DNA of 18,255 nt, taken from NCBI GenBank assembly GCA_013331805.1, contig DUFS01000036.1, forward strand, positions 4,813 to 23,067, written 5' to 3'. Under the pieces are notes generated by a model that was given only the letters and a program-made list of their open reading frames with translations, did no database searches and was not told the origin of the DNA. This document shows positions 8,241 through 17,000 of the stretch, piece by piece; the stretch's first letter is position 1, and every line of letters starts with the position of its first letter. The translations under genes and the position numbers were made by a program. The DNA is from Candidatus Micrarchaeota archaeon (GTDB lineage: Archaea; Micrarchaeota; Micrarchaeia; Anstonellales; Anstonellaceae).

Positions 8241-8393
8241 CTATCGTTTGTATCCATTACTTTGGTTATATTTCATTCCGGGCCCATCAAAATCCTCTGC
8301 GGCTTTCTTGATTGCGTTTATTAGAGCTTGCAGCTCTCCTTTTCTTTGCACTTCTTTGGAAGGAGCAAATCCAGACTCTTGAAATATGAACAT
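8241..8393 (-). CDS. Small hypothetical protein (50 aa), not in the ORF track
   Basis: MFIFQESGFAPSKEVQRKGELQALINAIKKAAEDFDGPGMKYNQSNGYKR*. SD-like GAGGTG overlaps the upstream gene's TGA a few nt before the ATG, and the ORF fills the gap between two co-oriented genes almost exactly. Confidence 0.55.
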   Translation of the reverse strand: MFIFQESGFAPSKEVQRKGELQALINAIKKAAEDFDGPGMKYNQSNGYKR

Positions 8394-8402
8394 ACAGCCA
8401 CC

Positions 8403-8819
8403 TCATGCGAGCTTTTGGTAGTCTATCTCCCCTTTCCTGTACACCAGCATCTCAAGTATGACGTCTTCCTTCCCTTTTTTTATGGATCTGGCAAGCGTCT
8501 CTGACTTATTATCGACTAACAAAGTTATCTCGTAGACTTTTCCATATAGTGTTTTTACTTTTAAAGAATAGGCGTCAACACCTTCTCCACTTGCCAAACT
8601 CACTTCCTGAATGTTTTCAACACTCAGGTTTTTTATTATGGGAACAAATTTGCTTTCCTTTTTTTCTTTTAGGAATTGTTTTATCTGCTTTTGGCTTATG
8701 AAGCCGTTCAACACGATTTTCGCTTCCAGCACAGTTTTCTCACTTAGATTTCGTACGTCAATTATTGGCTTTTCCCTTTCCCAGACTGACTCTTCCCTTG
8801 CTTTGTATGTCTCTGCCAT
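8403..8819 (-). CDS. Hypothetical protein (138 aa, AT-rich gene)
   Basis: Lys/Glu-rich ORF in a visibly AT-richer segment, divergent from the AlkD-like gene across a TATA-containing 52-bp gap. Confidence 0.7.
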   Translation of the reverse strand: MAETYKAREESVWEREKPIIDVRNLSEKTVLEAKIVLNGFISQKQIKQFLKEKKESKFVPIIKNLSVENIQEVSLASGEGVDAYSLKVKTLYGKVYEITLLVDNKSETLARSIKKGKEDVILEMLVYRKGEIDYQKLA

Positions 8820-8842
8820 GCCATTTATTCTGCCAAATCCAG

Positions 8843-8850
8843 CTTATATT
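8843..8850. promoter_or_regulatory. Putative shared TATA box (CTTATATT) between divergent genes
   Basis: Centred in the 52-bp gap, about 21-23 nt from each ATG. Confidence 0.5.
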
Positions 8851-8871
8851 CCTTTTCATCATTCCTCATCC

Positions 8872-9549
8872 ATGAAGGCATCGCAGCTGGTGACCCATCT
8901 TAGGCACAAGGGCAACCCAAGGAACCTCGAGGGCATGGCCAAGTTCGGCATCAACACCAAGAAGGCTGTCGGCGTCCAGATTCCGCACCTTCGGCAGCTT
9001 GCGAAAAACATAGGCACGCACCACAACCTTGCTTCCGACCTCTGGAACACCCAGATGCACGAAGCCAGGCTCCTGGCAGGCTTCATTGACGACCCGCTCA
9101 AGGTGACTGAGCGGCAGATGGAGGACTGGGTAGAGGATTTCGACTCCTGGGACATCTGCGACCAGGTGTGCAGCAACCTTTTTGACAAGACGGACATGGC
9201 GCACAGGAAGGCAGTCGAATGGTCGCACAGGAAGGAGGAATACGTCAAGCGCGCAGGCTACGTGCTCATGGCGTGCCTTGCGGTGCATGACAAAAGGGCG
9301 AACGCAGCCGCCTTTGAAAAATTCTTCCCGCACATAATCCGCGGCGCAACCGACGAACGCAATTACGTGAAAAAGGCTGTGAACTGGGCATTGAGGCAGA
9401 TTGGGAAGCGGAGCATGAGGCTGAACAAGGAGGCAATCGAAATAGCAAAAAAAATAGGGGCGATGAACTCTTCTTCTGCAAAATGGATCGCTGCTGATGC
9501 ACTTCGCGAGCTTGAATCCGAAAAGGTGCAGAATAGGATAAAGCAGTAG
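8872..9549 (+). CDS. DNA alkylation repair protein (AlkD-like HEAT-repeat DNA glycosylase)
   Basis: GVQIPHLRQLAK, LW...HEARLLA, WVEDFDSWDICD, EYVKRAG and DERNYVKKAVNWALRQIGKR are DNA_alkylation family signatures. Start ATG 8872. Confidence 0.9.
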   Translation: MKASQLVTHLRHKGNPRNLEGMAKFGINTKKAVGVQIPHLRQLAKNIGTHHNLASDLWNTQMHEARLLAGFIDDPLKVTERQMEDWVEDFDSWDICDQVCSNLFDKTDMAHRKAVEWSHRKEEYVKRAGYVLMACLAVHDKRANAAAFEKFFPHIIRGATDERNYVKKAVNWALRQIGKRSMRLNKEAIEIAKKIGAMNSSSAKWIAADALRELESEKVQNRIKQ

Positions 9550-9561
9550 GGAAAGCAGCAG

Positions 9562-10296
9562 CTACAGCTTCACGACCTTCTTCCCGTTGATTTCGTAAAC
9601 ATTCCCCTTTTCGTCGATTTTCATGCTGGCAATTATTTCAAAGGGCTTCCCGACGGACTCAATCCATTTTCCAGATACGCTGAGGTTTGAATAACCTTTC
9701 TCTTCCTTTACTGCACTGATGCTGACCACGTTTGGAAAAAGAAGCTTGCCCACCTGAGCTAACACAGTTGGAAATTTTCGTGTGTAAGATTTTTTTCCAG
9801 CAGCGTCGCTGTTGATGAAGTCATAGGCTTCTTCGACCCGATATTCGTATTTGCCCCCACCCAGCGTTCGCCTTGCCAGCATCGTATAGCCAATCGTGTC
9901 CCAAACGTCGCTGTTTGCCATTCTGCCATCAATGTACCCCTGCCTCTCCCATCCGTCTTTCCCAAGGGACCATTTTCGTTCGATTTCAACTTGCTTTTTT
10001 TGCTCCTTTGAGAAATAGCTTAGCTTTCCCTTTGTCCCTGCCAGCAGCTGCTTCCATTCCATTTCGGAAAAATCAATCTTCAGGGGCATGCCAGAAGAAT
10101 TCAAGTAATGCGCCAGGCATTTTACTGCATTGGCATACCCGCCAGTCATATCTTTCAGCTTGTCATTCGGCATTCTGTTAATCCAATTTTCCCCATAAAG
10201 CATGATAGCTTGAATTGCCTTCTTTGCCGACTTTTCCACAAGCTTTATCGTCACAACTCCGATTGGGGGCGCCATCATCTGGAAAAGCAATGCCAT
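9562..10296 (-). CDS. Hypothetical protein with colicin M-like (lipid II phosphoesterase-type) motif series
   Basis: LAHYLNSSG(61-69), TIGYTML(134-140), KYEYRVEEAYDFIN(149-162) and GKPFEI(216-221) occur in the same order as the colicin M catalytic-domain blocks. The ORF is very likely real; the family assignment is by eye only. Confidence 0.6.
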   Translation of the reverse strand: MALLFQMMAPPIGVVTIKLVEKSAKKAIQAIMLYGENWINRMPNDKLKDMTGGYANAVKCLAHYLNSSGMPLKIDFSEMEWKQLLAGTKGKLSYFSKEQKKQVEIERKWSLGKDGWERQGYIDGRMANSDVWDTIGYTMLARRTLGGGKYEYRVEEAYDFINSDAAGKKSYTRKFPTVLAQVGKLLFPNVVSISAVKEEKGYSNLSVSGKWIESVGKPFEIIASMKIDEKGNVYEINGKKVVKL

Positions 10297-10336
10297 AAGC
10301 TAATCTTGGGCATAAAAAAGATAAAAACAGCCATGT

Positions 10337-12376
10337 TCAGATTGCGCCCAGCTGCTTTCCCGCGATCGCTGCCGCGACCAGCAGGGAAACGATGTTGAGC
10401 ACCTTTATCATCGGGTTGAGCGCAGGGCCCGAAGTGTCCTTGAAAGGGTCGCCCACTGTGTCGCCGACAACCGCGGCCTTGTGCGCGTCGCTTCCCTTTC
10501 CGCCAAAGTGCCCGGACTCTATGTATTTCTTGGCATTGTCCCAGGCTCCTCCTGCGTTTGCCTGGAAGACTGCCATGAGCTGCGAGGCCATAATGGCTCC
10601 TGCCAAAAAGCCCCCCAGCGATTCCAAGCCGAGCAGGTAGCCTATCAGAATGGGCACGAGTATCACTATCGCGCCCGGTATGGCAAGCGAATTGATCGCA
10701 GCCTTGGTGGATATGTCTACGCAAGCGGCATAGTCCGGCCGCTTGGTGCCCTTCATTATCCTCGGGTCCTTGAACTGCCTGCGCACCTCCTCCACAACAA
10801 GATTAGCCGCCCTTCCGACAGCCTTCATGGTTAGCGAGGAGAAGATGAATGGAACCGCCCCGCCTATCAAAAGCCCGATGAACACGAGCGGCGCAGCCAC
10901 GTTTATGGACTCCAGGCCGCTTGACTCGAAATACGTGGAGAACAGTGCGACAGCCGCAACAGCTGCCGAGCTGATGGCAAATCCCTTGGTCACTGCCTTG
11001 GTGGTGTTGCCAACAGCATCCAGCTTGTCCATCCTCTTCCTTCCAGCCGAGGCAAGGCCGGACATCTCGCCAATCCCGTTCGCATTGTCAGAGATCGGGC
11101 CAAAGGTGTCCATTGCCATTATCATCGCGGTAGTGGAAAGCATCCCCAATCCCACAAGAGCAATGCCGAAGTAGCCAAGCCCAAAGCCGAAGTAGCCGAC
11201 CAGGATTGCAGCCGCAACTATCAGCACTCCGGCAACAGCAGACTCCATGCCCACCGCAAGCCCGGCAATCAGGTTGGTGCCTGCTCCGGACTTAGCCGCA
11301 GCCGCAATTTCGCGGACAGGCTTTTGCTTGGTGGAAGTGTAATAGTCGGTGATCTGCATTATTATCTGCGTAACCACCAGCCCGGCAACAAGCGCCCCGA
11401 AAGCGCCCCAACTGTCCAGCACAAAGATGGAAATTGCTGCGAAAAATAACGCAGCCACAATCGTAGAAGTTGTAAAGCCCCTTCTCATCGCGTCAAACGG
11501 GTACTCGCTTTCCCGCTTGACCTTCACGCCAGCGCTTGCCCAAAGGCCGATCAGCATGGCGCCTCCTGCAACCAGAAGCGGAAAGAGCGCGCCAGTAAGC
11601 CCGTACATCGCAGCGCCAAGCAGCATGGTCGCAATAATCGTCACAGTGTAAGACTCGAAAACGTCCGCGCCCATTCCTGCGCAGTCGCCCACGTTGTCGC
11701 CCACATTGTCTGCTATGGTTGCCGGATTGCGGGGGTCGTCCTCGGGAATTCCCTTTTCCACCTTGCCCACCAGGTCAGCGCCCACGTCCGCGGCCTTGGT
11801 GAATATGCCTCCGCCCACCCTCATGAAAAGCGCAAGAACGTTGGCGCCGAATGCAAAGCCAATGAGCGCGCGCCCTGCCTCGCCAAGCGCAGCATTTTCT
11901 TCGCCAAACAGCATGTATGCCCCTGCGAACACAGCGGCAACGCCAAGCAGGCCCAGCCCTGACACAAGTGCGCCGTTCACAGCGCCTGCCTGAAATGGCA
12001 CAGCAAGCGCCTCCTGCATGCTCGAAAGTGATGCTTTGGCTGCCCGCGCATTGGAACGAACAGCAATGTACATGCCAAAATAGCCTGCAAGCCCTGAGCA
12101 GGCTGCGCCCACCAGGAATGCAATTGCAACTGACTCGCCAAGCACAAAGTAGATTGGCATGAGCAGAATTATTGCAAAAATGCCGACTGTCATGAACTGC
12201 CGCTTGAGGTAGGCGTCCGAGCCTTCGCGGATGGCAAGCGAAATTTCCTTCATCTTTTCGCTGCCCTCGTCCCGCCTGAAAATGGACATGGCAAGCCTTG
12301 CCCCGTAGGCAATCCCGATTATCGCAAGGATTATCGGCACGTACAGGGCCACTGTTGGCACGTCAACTGCTACCAA
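10337..12376 (-). CDS. hppA: Membrane-bound ion-translocating pyrophosphatase, predicted K+-independent (H+-pumping) type
   Basis: GGIFTKAADVGADLVGKVEKGIPEDDPRNPATIADNVGDNVGD, DTFGPISDNANGI, DAVGNTTKA (Lys at the K+-dependence site), GGAWDNAKK, GDTVGDPFKDTSGP; many TM helices. TTG start with SD GAGGTGA at 12381-12387. Confidence 0.96.
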   Translation of the reverse strand: MVAVDVPTVALYVPIILAIIGIAYGARLAMSIFRRDEGSEKMKEISLAIREGSDAYLKRQFMTVGIFAIILLMPIYFVLGESVAIAFLVGAACSGLAGYFGMYIAVRSNARAAKASLSSMQEALAVPFQAGAVNGALVSGLGLLGVAAVFAGAYMLFGEENAALGEAGRALIGFAFGANVLALFMRVGGGIFTKAADVGADLVGKVEKGIPEDDPRNPATIADNVGDNVGDCAGMGADVFESYTVTIIATMLLGAAMYGLTGALFPLLVAGGAMLIGLWASAGVKVKRESEYPFDAMRRGFTTSTIVAALFFAAISIFVLDSWGAFGALVAGLVVTQIIMQITDYYTSTKQKPVREIAAAAKSGAGTNLIAGLAVGMESAVAGVLIVAAAILVGYFGFGLGYFGIALVGLGMLSTTAMIMAMDTFGPISDNANGIGEMSGLASAGRKRMDKLDAVGNTTKAVTKGFAISSAAVAAVALFSTYFESSGLESINVAAPLVFIGLLIGGAVPFIFSSLTMKAVGRAANLVVEEVRRQFKDPRIMKGTKRPDYAACVDISTKAAINSLAIPGAIVILVPILIGYLLGLESLGGFLAGAIMASQLMAVFQANAGGAWDNAKKYIESGHFGGKGSDAHKAAVVGDTVGDPFKDTSGPALNPMIKVLNIVSLLVAAAIAGKQLGAI

Positions 12377-12404
12377 ACCATCACCTCAAACCCGGGCGTT
12401 TCTT

Positions 12405-12794
12405 TCAGACAAAATCCAGCTTGGACTTGCCTTTCATGGCGATTACCGGCACTCCCAGTGCCAGCAGGCGCTTGCGAAGCGGAACGTCGTTCGTCGCCAC
12501 GCACACCGCATTTTCTTTGGCAAATTTAAAAATCCATCCGTCGACCTCGCCCCGCGAGGGCGCAATTTCGACTGTGAATTTTTCCCTGAGCCTGCCCATA
12601 TTCTGCAGCACGAACCTTGCCCCGGACGCCTTTTTTCCAGCCCTTCCGGCAAGGGTTTTCAGCTCGTCCATTGCGCCCGAGGCTATGACAAGCGTGATCG
12701 GCTCGTGCACTATCCGCCGAAGCTCGGATGGCAGGTCCACCCTGTATTCATACTGCGTGATCAGGAAATTGGTGTCTGCCAGGATTTTTTTCAT
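12405..12794 (-). CDS. PIN-domain ribonuclease (Fcf1/Utp24-like, COG1412-type)
   Basis: MKKILADTNFLI...MDEL...EVDG...VATNDVPLRKRL..LGVPVI pattern. Start ATG 12794. Confidence 0.85.
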   Translation of the reverse strand: MKKILADTNFLITQYEYRVDLPSELRRIVHEPITLVIASGAMDELKTLAGRAGKKASGARFVLQNMGRLREKFTVEIAPSRGEVDGWIFKFAKENAVCVATNDVPLRKRLLALGVPVIAMKGKSKLDFV

Positions 12795-12818
12795 GCTGGC
12801 TTTTCTGCTCGTTTCCCA

Positions 12819-12824
12819 TTTAAA
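12819..12824. promoter_or_regulatory. Palindromic TTTAAA TATA box shared by the PIN gene and trm56
   Basis: Centred in the 52-bp divergent gap, 22-24 nt from both ATGs. Confidence 0.65.
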
Positions 12825-12846
12825 GCAATAAGTCGAACTCTCACCC

Positions 12847-13377
12847 ATGCCAAATGTCATCGTGGTTCGTCTGGGCCACAGGCAGGGGCGGGACCAGCGC
12901 ATAACGACGCACGTTTTCCTTGCCGGGCGTGCGCTTGGGGCGTCGTCAGGAGTTCTTTGCGGGGACAGGGACGAATCGGTCATCAGGGGAATCACACGCG
13001 TCAGCGAGCTTTGGGGCGGCTCTTTTGCCGTGAAATACGAGGAAAACTGGAAAAGGTACGTCCTTGCGAAAAAAAAGCAAGGGGCAGTTGTTGTGCACCT
13101 CACAATGTACGGCGAAAAATTCGAGCAAAAAATTCATGGGCTTTCCGGAAAAGACTTGGTTGTTCTCGTGGGCGCAGGCAAAGTGCCCCGGGAAGCATAC
13201 GATCTCTCCGACTTCAACCTGTCGGTTTCAAGCCAGCCGCACTCAGAAATCTCAGCCCTGGCGCTGTTTCTCGACAGGGTTTTCGCTGGAAAGGAGCTAA
13301 ATGTTGATTTTAATGGGAAAATGAAGATTGTGCCCAACAAGTGCGGAAAAGAAGTGGTTCGTGGGACAAATGACTGA
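12847..13377 (+). CDS. trm56: tRNA (cytidine(56)-2'-O)-methyltransferase aTrm56 (SPOUT)
   Basis: VRLGHRQGRDQRITTHVFLAGRALGA, VHLTMYG, VGAGKVP..YDLSDFNLSVSSQPHSEISALALFLDR. Confidence 0.96.
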   Translation: MPNVIVVRLGHRQGRDQRITTHVFLAGRALGASSGVLCGDRDESVIRGITRVSELWGGSFAVKYEENWKRYVLAKKKQGAVVVHLTMYGEKFEQKIHGLSGKDLVVLVGAGKVPREAYDLSDFNLSVSSQPHSEISALALFLDRVFAGKELNVDFNGKMKIVPNKCGKEVVRGTND

Positions 13378-13380
13378 AGG

Positions 13381-13390
13381 AATATATAAA
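13381..13390 (+). promoter_or_regulatory. TATA box of tfe
   Basis: AATATATAAA preceded by purine-rich GAAGG, about 30 nt before ATG 13421. Confidence 0.6.
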
Positions 13391-13420
13391 CCGTCGCCCG
13401 AACTTTTACTGTGATTTTGA

Positions 13421-13981
13421 ATGCCTAGCAAAAAAACTTCCAAATCAAGGCGGAAGTCGGCCGCAAGGAAGCCCCTGAGGCCGAAAAGGCATTTTGCAAA
13501 GAAATCCGCAGGCAAGATACAGCGCTTTCATCCTTCTTCCAAAAAGTCGCGCCCGGACATACACGTGAAAAAATCCTCCTACTCCAAGGCTGCCCGCCAG
13601 GCGGTGCTCTCCTCTGCCTCGGCCCGCCAGCAGCTCATAGAAATGGGCGGCGAAAACACCATTGACATCATCCGCGAGTTTGACAAGGACATGTCCGATG
13701 AGGAGCTTGCGAGAAAGACGGGCATCAAGGCATCTGACGTGCGGGTAGTACTCAACAGACTGCATTCCTGCGGGCTTTTTACCTACACACGCGTGCGCGA
13801 CCGGGACTCGGGCTGGTATTCCTATATCTGGAAAATGAGCGAGGGCAAGCTCCGCGATTTCGTTTCAGTGAACGAGACTGAGCCCATCCAGGAAAAGGAG
13901 GAGTTTTCCGAGCCCGAAGACTACTTGAAGAAGAACATCGTCCTGCCGCAAGCCCCCATCTTCGAGAAAAGAAGGAGATAG
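13421..13981 (+). CDS. tfe: Transcription factor E (TFE/TFIIE-alpha) winged-helix domain, with basic N-terminal extension and no Zn ribbon
   Basis: MSDEELARKTGIKASDVRVVLNRLHSCGLFTYTRVRDRDSGWYSYIW is the TFE winged-helix signature. Position after trm56 matches a common archaeal neighbourhood. Confidence 0.85.
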   Translation: MPSKKTSKSRRKSAARKPLRPKRHFAKKSAGKIQRFHPSSKKSRPDIHVKKSSYSKAARQAVLSSASARQQLIEMGGENTIDIIREFDKDMSDEELARKTGIKASDVRVVLNRLHSCGLFTYTRVRDRDSGWYSYIWKMSEGKLRDFVSVNETEPIQEKEEFSEPEDYLKKNIVLPQAPIFEKRRR

Positions 13982-14048
13982 AAACTGTTCCAGCCCCAAT
14001 CCGCTGCTGCTGCGAAATGAATAATAAGCGTGGCTTGGAGATTTTCAC

Positions 14049-17000
14049 ATGAGGTGTTTCGGGAGGCACCTTTCAACACTGCTCCTTTTCTGTTCGATAG
14101 CTTTCTCTGCAACTTTCGATGAGTGTTTCCCCAGAAACGAGCTTTACAGCTTCTGGAATTCCCCCCTGTACGTTTCCCAAAACACCCACATACTGAATTT
14201 GGGCATAGCTTCGTTTTACTTTTTTGAATTCGATGCTGCGTCAGAAGGGCTGAACCTGACTGGGGTCGCCATGACATCGGGCTCGGAATTCCTCTCAGCC
14301 CTGCCGCCAGGCGAGCGCAAGGATTTCTCAGACATAGCATCCTCCCTAAACTCAGCTGCCAACTCATCCTCGTCAGCCAGGGAAAGCTACCAAAAGGCGC
14401 ACCTGCTTTCAAAAAACGCGCAAGGCGCACTTTCCACCCTGCTTTCACCCTACGAACTATCGCTTTTGATGGCGCCTGCCTCGGGCCAGCCTGCATCGTT
14501 TGCCACAATTCTCCTTCCGCTCTGGCACGCCTACGATCTGGCGCTTTATGGGTCCAATTACCCCTCTTACCTATGGCAGGCGCACCAGAGTGCAGCAAGC
14601 GCATTTGACTCAGCCAATTTCGCGCAAAACGAGCTTGCGAAAAGATGTGACGAAAGGCACCTATTCCTGAAGCGCGCGGGCGCTGGCGCAGCCGAATACA
14701 ACGGAAAAGCAAGGCAGGCATATTCCCGCGCGCAGTCTGCGCTCCTTTCATCATCTTCCAGGTGCAGCGCAAAAGGCGCACAGGAGATATCAGACTACTT
14801 TGCTTCAAGCCCGCAAGTTCCGAACGTGGCCGAGGCAGGGCTTGCCGAATACCTTGATAATGCATTAGGCAATGGCAGGAACACCAGCATCATTTTCCTG
14901 GCTGAAACATACTCAGGACTTTCACAGGCAGCGCTCCAGATGCAGCAGGAATTCGACCAAGACCTTTTTTCAGCCAAAGGGTCCGCAGAGAAGCTTTCAG
15001 GTGAGCTTTCGCTTCTTGAAAAAGAGAAGCTTGAGCTGATTGGGGAGCAGCCTGCGCAGTCAGGTGGGCAATACGCACTCATAGGTTCGGGCTTTTCCGG
15101 AATTCTCTCTGGATTCCGCAAGGCAAAAGAGGAGCTTGCCGCTTCAAAGCAGCTCATTTACGAATCAGAATCCCTGTCAAAATCCGAGCGAGTGGAAGGC
15201 TATCTGGCGAGCGCAATTTCAAAGGCAGAGCAATCGGGCAAGAGGTCCGAGTCCGCGCTCCTTTCGCTCCCTGAAATAAGGGCAAATGCGAATGACGCCG
15301 TTGCCATGCAGCGCGAGCTTTCGCAGGCTGCCATGGAAAAGGCAAGGCAAAAACTCACCCAAAGCCCGGGCTCGTTTTCCGATGCGCAGTCATTGGAGGA
15401 AGCAAGATCGCTCTTTGATTCCGCCGAAGAGGCATTCTCTTCTGCCGAAGCGCAGGGCAGCCTTGGGGAGCGCTTTATGCGCTATACCGACGCCTTGAAG
15501 CTCGCCGTAACCTCTTCCTCGCGCGCAGACTCGCGTTTTTTCCTGCCGCTGAAGAGCGGTGCCGAGCAGTCGCTTTACTCCCTCGAATCCCTGCTTCAAT
15601 CTGCACAAAAGGACGGCCTTGAGGTGCATTACGAGCAAAGCAGGCTGCAAAGCTACAGGCAGCTTCTGCGTTCCTCTTCATCATCTGAGACATTCCAGGT
15701 TATTTCTGATGCGACTGCCCAGGACTACAAAAGCGTGCTTCTGCGATTGTCGCAGTCCTACTCGCCTCTCAATGAGAAGTATGCGGAAACCGCCTACAAT
15801 TTGGAAGAAATCAGGAAAAGCGAGCCTGCCTTCCTGCCAGCATTCGATCCGCTTTCTCAGTATTTCCCAGGAGGCATTCTAAGTCCTGAGCTTGCGGCAG
15901 GCAAGCTCTCCACGATAAAAAAAGACCTGGATTCCCTTTATGCGCAGTCGCAGGTAAGGCTGCCTGCCCATCTCTCGGCCCTGCTTTCCGAGAGCACAGT
16001 CGTCCAGGAAATCTCAGACCCTCCAATGCTGGGCCAGCCATCCAGGTATTCTGCGGCCATAACAGCAAAAAATCCGACCGGACTTGCCTACAGTGGCAGC
16101 CTGCTTATCAAGGCCTTGACAAGCCTACCGCTTTACAGCCCTGATTTCATTTCTGGAGATCGCGTATTGGATGCATATTTCAAGGATGGAAAGACCAACA
16201 TAGCCATTGCAGGGGTGGAGCCTTATCAGGGATTTTCCTTTTCAGCATCCAAAACAGAATCGCCGGTATCAGTGGCTTCTTCAAACGACGAGTGCGAAAT
16301 TGCTTTCTCGCAGGGTGCCTTAGTTAAAAGAAAAATTGCATTTTTCGCAACCCGCAACCTTGAAAGCCTGGGGGTTTCCGAGTTAGTGCCAGAAGGCACG
16401 CAGAATGGAATTGCTTCATATTCAGGAAGGCAATACGCGCTTTATCCCTCATTTTCAGATGGGAGCAATGCCCTTGTTGGGGAAATAAGCAAAGTAACGG
16501 AAGGCAAAAATACGGTTGAAATCCTCTATGAGGTGGGAAAACCCTTTGAAGTTGCGGCGTCAAGCCAAATTTTGGAAAATATGGGGGGCGGCACCACCAA
16601 GGTTTCCTACGAGGTCATTCTCAGCAACCCCGGACTCGATTGCGATTCGGCTGCCATCGCAATTGACGAGCCCTATTCAGCGGTTTCTCATTTTTCCGCA
16701 ACTTCGCTTGACCAGGGGAAAGTGACTGGGGCAGCATCCGTTCCCACGAGTTTTGGCACCAGGCTGAGCTTCCTCGTTTCACCGCTTCGCAAGGGGAAAT
16801 CCATCCAAGCTTCAGTATCGTACACAATTCTGGACGTATCGGCAGCGGTTTCTTCGGCGCTTGCGCTTGCCGAAGCGCAGGTTGTGGAGTTCAAAAGGCA
16901 GCGGGACATTTATTCCCTTGCGCAAGCCAAGTCGCTCCTGGCTGAAAACAGGACAACCGAGGCACTAGCCCTGCTTTCGCAAATGAGAAGCGAAGCAGAA

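Noticed and set aside
5414..13103. Long N-terminal extensions given by the ORF track for gatE, gatD, drg, the AlkD-like gene and the PIN gene
   Set aside because: They run into neighbouring genes. Family N-termini and TATA positions support the shorter starts reported.
13950..14001. Weak echo AGCCCC-ATC near the tfe 3' end
   Set aside because: Too short and degenerate to separate from chance.
13921..14865. 314-aa minus-strand ORF, and similar ones such as 1788-2558, 4828-5418 and 12705-13307
   Set aside because: They overlap well-supported genes, have Arg/Pro/Ser-rich shadow composition and show no motifs.
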